From the NCBI RefSeq assembly GCF_022539665.2, contig NC_081331.1, positions 13,206,001 through 13,270,000 of the forward strand: 64,000 nucleotides of DNA, given 5' to 3'. Shown here in pieces: positions 1 to 9,774 of the stretch (position 1 is its first letter; each line of letters opens with the position of its first letter). The position numbers and the translations under genes are program-made. The stretch comes from Daphnia carinata. Its lineage: Eukaryota. The notes beneath the pieces were generated by a model. The model was given only the letters and a program-made list of their open reading frames with translations, searched no databases and was not told the origin of the DNA.

Positions 1-2200
1 ATACACAGAGAAAGACCTGACCAAAAGGAAATGATTTCTTCCTTTTTTAAAGTACACGTTAAGCATTATTATACGTTCCCGATAAGTGGTCCCATATATT
101 ATTGATTGTTAGCGTTTGTTCTTATATAGCGGCACCAGAAAATTGTCAAAGTCAATCATATTTCCCTGCGGAAATGATGTTTTGAAAAGAAAAAAAATAT
201 GGAGAAAGACCGCTGCATATTAGAGAGAATATATGGGACCGTGACTGGTTTTTTTAAACTTCCTGTTTCCAATAGGTTTTTGGTATATAGCTACGTTACT
301 CTCTTTTTTTCTTCTTGTTTTCTTCTTCTTCTTCTTTTACGTTTCGGCTGATTAACATAATTCCCTGTTGCTGGCCGGTGGTTTCTTTGAGAAACTGACT
401 CGTAATCATTTTGGCAATGACGCCAGTCGGGCCATTTGTCACTCATTTGTCATGGTCGCACTTGGCTCAGCCCACACCGTGTTTCCAACACGTATACGAT
501 GTGCCCGACGCACATTTCCGGTCCAACCCTTTCTCTTTACGTCGCTCATTATGAATTCATTGGGAAACGCCAATTCGTCATGAAAAAGACATTGACCGTT
601 TCCTGCCCGTTTTCATTCATGAAAATGCCATTTGACTACCTTGGCCAATTGCGAGACGCATTTTCGCTATCACGCCGGACGACTTGCTGCCCTAAATAAA
701 TGCACGGTGGTGACACTGTATCCGTGGGCTATCAAGCCCCCATCCTACTTTGTTATGAAAATGAAACAAAATTGTGATTTCAAAATAGGGATTAATCTGG
801 TGGATAAACACATCAATGTGAATATCGTAAATGTGAGGCGATGAGATGCGCTATATCTAAGAACCGTTAGAGACCGGAGCTACTGGGATGGTACATCCGT
901 TGGTTGTTGTGTTGCTTATCCGTGTCTGCTGTAACCAATCCCGAAGATGGACCAATGGTGACTTTTCTTTTTTATTTGACAACTCCCAGTGGTTTCCCAA
1001 GATGCGCGGCGCATCCTCGTTCTCGATTCGATAAGTATCTTGTCTGCACGTTTCATCGCGCAGGTTCTATCGTCTTCACCCAAACGCATGTTCAATGGTG
1101 AGTCTAGGATCAAGATAAAAGGATGTAATAATCCGTTGATACATTTTCAATTAAACAGTAAATTTTTTATTGATTGTGGTTTTATTAACGTAGCTCTCGA
1201 ACGACGTTGTTTATGTAAGCAATTCTGCATAACTAACTGTATTTAACGCCAGACAGAACTTCCCCTTGCACGACGTAGAAGCAAAAGTTGTTTTGAATGT
1301 TACCGGTCTTCAATCAAAAGAAAAATTTGTGTTGTTTTTGATTTCTTAGCTGGAAATGATAAAAATTTTCAGTTCATGAAACACTCAACGATTAGGCAAA
1401 ATGTGAATATCTAAACGCGTAGTTTATTCACTTATTTCAATTTGTACACATTGCAATACTACACCATCTAGCGGTCTCAGCAACACTAGCCCTCTTACGT
1501 CCTCTATGAACCATTCTCTTTATCATTTCGCGTCTTAGAAAGGCATGGCCATTGCATTCAATGCCTACATCTGATATACAATGAACCACAGTCAGCCTAT
1601 GCCTAGAACGTGATTCAGGTAGAAATAGCAAACTTCGTGTAACTATAAAAATCTGAAAATTTTAAAAAAGCTGTGAACGTTGTGGTAGTATGTCTTTGGG
1701 CCAGTTGCCATCAGCCGTAGAAAATGGAAAACATTGCTTCTGTTGCTCTCGTTGTAGGCCTACCCATTATTTTCGGCGAAGTGCGAGAAATTAAACATGT
1801 TTGTTGCTCCCGTAAGCAAAAACACTATACTTGAACCGAATAATTGTTTTTTTTATTATTCTGTTCGAGTTATATCAGTTCAATATAAAAAATCGCAAAA
1901 AACATTTGGTAATATTTTGCTACATTTCGCAAATAAAATTTGATAGTGATGTAACATCAATTGCCTTGCATAGGTGGCAGTAATTTTTTCACTTTACATT
2001 TCAAAGTTTAGATTTTCCTAAAATCTAAGCTGTTCTTGTTTGGCAGCTATTTAATCGTAAAAATCATGATTAATTTGTTTTTACCCTTTCTGTCGTTCAT
2101 TGGCCGTTATCTAAACGAAAGGGAACAAAATGGCAACAACGTTGTGTCTTTAGGGATAAACCACTCGTCCTTAGGTGGTAGCATTTTTTTACAGCTTTAG

Positions 2201-2216
2201 TCTTTTCCTCTTTGCT
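2201..2216 (+). promoter_or_regulatory. Polypyrimidine (TCT / 5'TOP-type) initiator of the ribosomal protein gene
   Basis: TCTTTTCCTCTTTGCT about 40-50 nt upstream of the RpL22 ATG. TCT initiators are typical of animal ribosomal protein genes. Confidence 0.65.
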
Positions 2217-2253
2217 CGTTCACTTATCACGCTTCTGCATCATAAGGAACATC

Positions 2254-4133
2254 ATGTCTCCGGTAAGAATAGTTCAAAAGTTATTTTATTTGGTGATGAT
2301 TAAGTCACGTGCGTTTAATATAACACATGCGTTTCATTACTGAATGGAAGATGCAACTAATGTACGTAGTATAAGAGTTTTTCTTCTATGGGTGCCCAAA
2401 TAACTAGCGCATCAACTACCAACCACGTTGTCGTTTATAGGAAGAAGTTAACTTTCTGATGCATCAGAAAAATCTTTTGAAACTGTACCAATGTTAAAAG
2501 ACTAATTTGATGAATGGTCTAAATTGGTTACATTAGTAAAAATTTTATTTTAAAAGAACATATTTTAAAATTCTTGTTTTGTAATAGGCAAAGAAAGCAC
2601 CAGCATCTGCTGAACCCAAGAAGGCTGCGCCCAAGGCTGCCCCAGCTGCCGCACCTGCTGCTGCTGCTGCTGCTAAGAAGCCAGCCGAGAAGGCCCCAGT
2701 GAAAGCTCCTGCTGCAGGAACTGCTAAAGCCCCTGCCCCAGCTCCAGTAACGAAGGCCTCAGCTCCAGTTGCTGCAAAGGCTGCCCCAGCTGTCGCTGCT
2801 CCTGCTAAAGGAGCCACAAAAGCAGCTCCAGCAAAGGCTTCTCCGGCACCAGCTAAGGCTGCCGCTGCCCCTACTAATAAAGCTGCTGCAACCACAGTTA
2901 AGGCTGCAACGACTGCTAAGGCTGCACCTGCGGCTACTTCTGCTGCCCCAAAGGCTGCACCAGGAAAAGCTGGAGCCAAACCAGTGGCTACCCCTGCTGC
3001 TGCGACAACCAAGAAAGGTGCTGCACCTGCTGATGCAGGCAAGAAAGAGGCTGCCGCTCCTGCTAAGAAGGGTGCTGCTGACAAAAAGGCTGCTCCAGCT
3101 GCAGCTCCTGCTGCAGCACCAGCCAAGAGAAAGGCTGATGCCCCTGCTGAAAAGAAGGCTCCTGTTGCTGAGAAGAAAGCAGCAGTTGAGAAAAAGCCTG
3201 CTGCAGTTGCTGCTCCCAAGAAGCCTGAAGCTGCAGCTAAGAAACCAGAGGCTGCTGCTAAAAAACCAGAAGCTGCTGCCAAGAAACCAACTGAGAAAAA
3301 AGCTGCCCCATTGAAGGCAGCTGTTAAGGCAAAGAAAGAGACCCCAAAGAAACTTGAGGGAGTCAAGATTAAAGGAAAGGGTTACAAGGGCAAGAAACTT
3401 AATCTTAAGTTCACCATTGACTGCACTCACCCTGTTGAAGATGGAATCATGAATGCAGCTGATTTTGTAAGTATCCTTTTTTTTTTTTTTCTACTTGGAC
3501 TTGTGTTCCAAGATACTAATGATATCCAGGTTAGGGTCATCTTCCCTAACAGGTTTGACTCATGATTCCTTAATTGGTATCAGTTAGGGTCACCTTCCCT
3601 AGAAGAGTCAGTGAAAACCAAGATCTTTGATTTTATTTCAGGAAACATACTTGAAGCAGCACATCAAACTGAACAAGAAAGTTGGCAATTTGGGAACACA
3701 CATCCAAACTGAGCTGGCAAAGAGCAAAATCATTGTTTCTTCAGATGTTCCATTCTCCAAGAGGTATTATTATTTCCTTGAAGTACATTTCTTCGTCTAT
3801 GATGACTTATCCGGAAAATTAACGAACTAGAGTCTCTGACTACTGATGTGTGGATTACTCTGAAGTTCAAAAATAATCCTGGATAGAGATAAAGTGTTCC
3901 TTGTGTTAAATTTACTTTTTGTTTTTAGGTATTTGAAGTACTTGACGAAACGTTACTTGAAGAAGAACAACCTCCGCGATTGGCTTCGAGTGGTTGCCAA
4001 TGGAAAGACTTCTTACGAGCTCAGATATTTCAACGTAAGTAGCAACAACACTATTAATGTTAGCTTTAATACTAAATACGAATTTTCTTAGATCAACAAT
4101 GAGGAAGAAGATGAAGATGATGATAAGGAATAA
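2254..4133 (+). CDS. RPL22: 60S ribosomal protein L22 (eL22) with long Ala/Lys/Pro-rich N-terminal extension, about 385 aa
   Basis: Exons 2254-2262, 2588-3466, 3642-3763, 3929-4034 and 4092-4133, all GT-AG and in frame. eL22 motifs [44 protein letters not shown] and YELRYF, plus an acidic tail. Confidence 0.97.
2290..2466 (+). ncRNA. Possible intronic box C/D snoRNA (RpL22 intron 1)
   Basis: C box GTGATGA at 2293-2299, CTGA at 2340-2343 and 2456-2459. The intron (325 nt) is long for this genome. No rRNA target recognised. Confidence 0.3.
3794..3868 (+). ncRNA. Intronic box C/D snoRNA, SNORD52/snR78-like
   Basis: C box ATGATGA 3799-3805, D' CTGA 3836-3839, C'-like TGATG 3844-3848, D CTGA 3860-3863, about 65 nt before the 3' splice site. 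The guide AACTAGAGTC before D' is complementary to the conserved LSU rRNA GACUCUAGU(U). Confidence 0.8.
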
Positions 4134-4630
4134 GTTCATCACCCCGTTGTTTCGTTTTTGCTGTAAAGTAATAAACGATGACCATTATATTTGTACAATT
4201 GTTACTGTATTAAACATGGCACCATTCCTTGACGCGTACTTTCAGGGGTTTTTTCTAACCTTAAATTGTCAGTTTTGAAGTTATTCGTATGGAATTTGAA
4301 CGAAGGGGTGTTATGAGATCGTACTTAAGAAAATTCCAGGCTATGAAGAAACTTCGTCTAAGAATGTGCTAGTAGGATGGCATATCCATACTTCTGTTTC
4401 AGTTTGAGATCTCGTATCGTGCATGAAAGGATGGAAAGACGGGAAGGTGAAGTAAATGCGTCAACAGCCGGTGTTCACTGCTACCGATTTGTAACTAAGG
4501 CAAGTTGTCTATGTTTAACAATCAGGATATCTTAACCTGTAATGTTATCGGAACATAATGGAATGTCATGTATATTTTTCAATTAACCATAAATTACAAT
4601 CACTTGAAATTATATTTTAAGAAAGGTCTC

Positions 4631-7600
4631 CTATCGACGATTCAAATCTAAATCTTCCATGAAGGAAGTTAAATTCAGACGAATCTTTTTACTGCCTTGA
4701 CTTACGCACTGAAGAAGATTCATCATCTGCCTAGGAGTATATTCCTTCACAAACGCAAAAAAGAAAGATATTACAAATTGCTGACGGAGCGAAATACTTA
4801 CAGTATTAACGCTAATTTTGTTTAAGTTACCGTTTGTTCTTGAATCCATTTTTCCAAAGAATTTTCAGGTAAATAATATGCTTTTATGTATGTTTCGACA
4901 ATGGATGGGTCCGGAAGAGGTCTTAGACGGGTCAAGCTTTCCACTTTAACTTGAAAATGCCTGAAGTCTAACTGCATTAACGCACGACCTTCGTTGGTGC
5001 ATTTTCTTACAGCGGAAAATCTAAAGAATTTCAAATCGGATATGGTCTGACATAAAGGTGCGTAAAATAAACTAGAATACCCGTCAAGTAGCGTATGGTA
5101 ACAGGCACGAAGAATTTGATCCCATAAAATGTTGTAAATTTCAGGAGGCAGAATCAGAGGATAGCAGATACGAAGGACACTGGAATCGTAATCACTGAGA
5201 ACCTGCGAAAGATGAAATAAGAAATACATCAGAGAGGGAATTATGGAGGAAACGAACCGACGAAAAGAGAACGCTAGAGTTACGGACTTATTACTACTAC
5301 GATACCTACGCAATCGCCCGATAGAGTAACGCCCATCCGCTACCACAGGACATCAATAAAAATTGGAGGGAGACCGGAAGCGGAAAGAGTAAAACAACAG
5401 AAAGAGGGACAATAATCGGTAGAATGACAAAACAAGCTTTTCCCCCTCCCTACCTACATGGTGCAACGATATTTCTGGACCCATTCAATTGGACGCCAGC
5501 CTCCCTTACAACTGGATCGCATAACTTATCCGTGAACATGGGTCCTACACTTCGGGTAACTGCTTTCTTAACGCTATTCTTGTGCAGTGCAACACTGGAA
5601 TGGAACGCTCATTCACTTTTACAACCTGGAACTTGTCCTCAGTCGAAGTCGATGCCATTCCTAGACATTCATCAGGTAGGGTTAAGTGAACGGAAGGTAG
5701 TGAACAATATTTTACTCGATTAATCACTCGAAATTTGCCTTCAACAAGATAACAGGGAGATGGATAATACAACAACTTCCTTGGCCGTTTCCGCAGTGTT
5801 GTCGGCAACCAACTTTAAATTTCGAGGAAGAAATTCTGGATCAGAAAAAAGTCAGTAACGAAACGCAGCCCGTTTGGATTAGAATGACAATAGATTTTCC
5901 AAGTTGTAAAAACGAACAAGAGACGTGGCAGCATCCACTAAATTGGCGTCTTTTGCAAAATCGTATGAATGAAGGCATCTTTCTGGTTAAACTACCCTGG
6001 CCCCTAGGTATGAAAATAATACGAAACATACTTTGCTTGCCTTAGAATAATTTTTGTCAACCCATCAGACGTTGTTGGTGTTGCTACGCTGAATTTCGTT
6101 TCGACCGACTATAAAAAATTTGCAATCGCATACATTTGCCATAATCTTCTTCTTGAACATATTACGATTCCGTTCATTATGGTCCGGATGCAGACTGAGC
6201 TAGACTTCACCTACTGGCAACGTATGAAATGGGCTTTGATAAAACAAGTAGGTATATATTTTATGTCGAGGCTGCAGATAATCTAAACGAAGCTGCGCTA
6301 TTTAACATAGGGCGTCTTATCTGCGTGGGCCCTTACGGAGACAAAGGGTCAATGTAACGAAGTATTCGATTATAGCGCTGAAGATCTATTTTACGAAAAC
6401 CATTCTAACAGCTCGGATAACTACCCTGTCAAAGACTCGACCGAATCAAGTTCTGCTGCTACAGCGGCAATTATTGATGGGCTGATTTTAAAGAAAGTTC
6501 AGCACGGCGGAGATGAAAAAACTACGGAAATTGCCGTTATGGATCCCGATGCCGAGTGGATAACGACAGAAAATTTTCAGGTACGTGCAGAGGGGATTCT
6601 CACAAAATACTTTAATTGAAATTTTCCTCCCTAAAAAACTATTTTTGGAACCAGAAACCAGACTATCCGCCTCAAAACAGCGGACTTTGGCCAGCCATTT
6701 TAATTGAAAATGAGCCTGAGTCGGACCACGCAATAGGCAATCCCAATAAGATCCCTGCTGCTGAAATAGCGCCACTGGTTGCGCCTTCGCTGGCCACATC
6801 GGCTAGGAATTAAGAAAAGCCAAACGCTACTAGGAAAGAAGAGTTGAATGAGATCATCTTACCTGCAATATATGATCTACGTAGGAACTATGTTGGCTCA
6901 TTACTTCCTTGACCTCCCACTGAACACGACTCATCAAATTTGTTATGTGTTCTGAATCAAGATGCCTGTGGGCAACAAAACTGAAGATCGGTGTTCGTAG
7001 ATCATGAGCCACTGATGTAATCTGCAAGAGATATGGAATAAATGTGAGCGGAAACAGCAAGATGAAATAAGATTTTAAATTAAAAATGAAACAAACTTGT
7101 GAAAAGAATTGCTGGAGGAGAGATTCTTTCGATGATGGAATCAAATCCAGGAGATTGGGCCTCAGCAGCTCTAACTGATGAGCAAGGAAAACAACTGATT
7201 CGGCTGCTACTAAACGGAGTTTTAGCCCGTAAAAGTGATTAGGATGATCCGTTTGCGTAGAAAGGCAGACTTTTGGACATGACACTTTATCACTGAGAGA
7301 CGGCGAGAACGCTGCAGTATCTTCGTGAGAGCCAGCGCTTCCTGGAGCGGCAGTTGAAATTAAAGTCTCTTCGATTTTCAGGAGAACAGCGCGAAGCTTT
7401 GGAGAAGTTGCATCCTGTGGTGACGCAGCTCCAAACAGTTTATAAACTGCATACAAATAATAATCAAACAATTGGTTCAGGCAAATCAGCACATCGAACG
7501 CGATTGTTTTCAACAAATGCATAAAATGTATGTATCGTCCAAATAGGCGCAGAACAGATAAAGTTGTGTTCGCCAGAATTGGTGTTGGAGATCCACAACC

Positions 7601-9393
7601 TATTTTACGCTCATCGTTACACTCGCAAGAACTTTCTGAAATTTCCGATGGACAAATGATAGAGTCTTCAGCTGACGAAATCGCACGTGACGCAAACGGT
7701 GAAAGAACTGAACCCAAGGCATAAAAGTTCGCATCAGAAGGCTTCTCGACGTTACAGGTTAAAGATTTATCTTTCTGATTGAGAAACCGAAATTCGATCA
7801 ACTGAAACACGTTGAAATCCGAGCGCACTGGGCATTGCTCCCACGATTCATTTTCTAAGAAAACGTGAAGTTCATCCAGTTTTCCACGATGAAAGCCCCG
7901 GAAGTAGTTTATACTTTGCCGGCGAACGCTTTCCCTTAAAACCTCGGAGTTACTTTGGCAAAATTGCTTTCCCATATCAACTAGGGTTTCTACAATGTCT
8001 AGCATATCGAGCAATTCATCGGTGCTGAGATGCCATACGTCAAACGAAGATAGCAAAGTCCGAATCTTCATTTGGACATCTTGCCATAGGCGTGTTCTTC
8101 CATGCTGAAATTTTTGTTCGAATGAAACAGAGGGCATTATGTCAGCAGCATCCACTGTTGGCCGATCGGTATGCCACTGATGGATTTGATTATAGTTCAG
8201 TGTAATTTTCCATAAAGTGGTGCTCAGCTCGGATAGACATGCCACATAAAGCTTCGAATCAATAAATTTGCAAAGTTCATGGAACTGAAATTTATGGAAG
8301 TCTGTGGCAGCTTCTACATCCGGGTTTGCTGATGATCGACTGGAGCACGAAAGTTCTGCATACTTTTGTAAAAGCAACAACGTTTGCTGTTGAAGTCCTG
8401 ATGCAAAATGAAGGTTTAGTTGGTCAATTGCTGCTGATTGTTTTCCAAGTAATGTGAATGCCTGCTGTAACTTTGCATACTGATCTGAATCAAATTCTTT
8501 ACAAGATTTTGATAGGCCAACATCAAGTTGTTCTTCTGCAAGCTCCATAGTATCTTGCAGGCGTGAGCTCAACTGGGCAACACAATGGAAATGTCTGTAT
8601 GTAGTTGCAACATGTTGACCCTCAACTATAAGCTGTATGGCTGCAGCATAATTTTGTTCTCCAAGGAGTTCTTGAACCCTTTCATTCATCTTCCCCAATG
8701 TTTGAATGGTTTTCAAAGATTTTGTTATCTTTCTCAGATGATGCTGACGCCTATAATGGGCTAATAGTCCTAGGCTTGCAGCAGTCAAATTGCTTCTTGC
8801 TTGACTAAAAAAACAAAATTGAAGGAGAATCATCAATAATGCACATTTACTGACCAGCCAAAAATAAGATACTTTATATTGCTGCGCCCAGTAGTACATA
8901 TTTCTAATGCCTGAAAAAAAAAGTCCAATATGTATGATTACAGAAAAGATCCCAATTATTCAACATAACTTACTGAATCAAGACTTTCCTGCAGCTCAAG
9001 GACTTTACAAAGTTCTGAGGCACAACAGGTTTGCTTTTGATAAATCATGGTATACAATTTGTTTGTAACACAACCCAACTGAATCCCCAAGAGTTGTCTT
9101 TGGTGCCTGATGTAATTCAAATCAATTACAGAAGGAAATTTGTTTAATTGATATCGTCCTCCATTGCAGTTTTCGTCAACAAATCCTGCTTCTATTGTAT
9201 CAAAAACCTCCTGCTGAGAATCAGGATCTGAACAAGTATCTTGAAGCACACGTAAAGATTCGCGGTCAAAACTTTTGATTTCTGCCAGCGATAGTCCAAG
9301 TTGTTCTTCAGCAGGTGCTGCAACGGACGAAGGTAAGTCTCCCACTTCTTTAGACAAAGTCAACAAATCTATAACTTTCTGACGCAGATCCAT
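4631..9393 (-). CDS. VPS50: Syndetin / VPS50 (CCDC132), EARP complex subunit
   Basis: Multi-exon. Motifs FLENESWEQCPV, LANTTLSVLRLFGRY, FDYYLYAVY, LVAAESVVFLA, QHSSYVD, VRKCTNEGRALMQLDF, YIKAYYLPE and EYTPRQM. The intron 6862-5203 is unusually long (1660 nt). Confidence 0.93.
5538..6813 (+). CDS. Secreted lipocalin (apolipoprotein D-like) with acidic C-terminal extension, about 334 aa, nested in a VPS50 intron
   Basis: Exons 5538-5675, 5749-6007, 6069-6247, 6311-6580 and 6655-6813 join in frame through GT-AG introns. Hydrophobic signal peptide, GTCP...FLD..ITGRW (SCR1 GxW), STDYKKFAIAYIC (SCR2 TDY) and a C-terminal Cys (KGQC). Confidence 0.88.
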
Positions 9394-9774
9394 TGATTGA
9401 TTGCCTTTGAAACCTAAAAAGAAAAACCTTTGGGACTTTCAGGGAAGAAAATCGAATAAAAACCCACTGTTCTGCACGAATTTTAATTTGCTTACATGCT
9501 TAATAAAAAATAACATCGACAAGAGACCAGAGTAAAATGCGGAAACGGATTGCGTAAACTGCAGACTTTCAGATGCTAACTGGCTGTATTTTGCATTTCG
9601 CGCGTTGAACGTTGCTGTAGCTGTAGGTGCACCTATTTCATGTTATGGTTTTTTACGTATTTCCTAATAAATATAAGCCTAATGAAAAAAATAAACTGAA
9701 GTTTAGGAATTTTCATTCAATTCCCAATCGAAATGATGTATTTTAGCCAAATGTATAATTTAACCATAACTGAA

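Noticed and set aside
368..1631. Short overlapping ORFs and a GTGAGT donor near 1098
   Set aside because: No recognisable protein or consistent exon chain. Probably UTR, intron or intergenic sequence of a gene outside the window.
2545..3430. Long antisense and alternative-frame ORFs over RpL22 exon 2
   Set aside because: These are shadows of low-complexity GCT/AAG/CCA codons with no independent signal.
5362..5414. W-R-ETGSGKS resembling a viral Rep/helicase Walker A motif
   Set aside because: It is flanked by stops, lacks the first Gly and has no Walker B. It lies just upstream of the lipocalin gene, so it is most likely chance.
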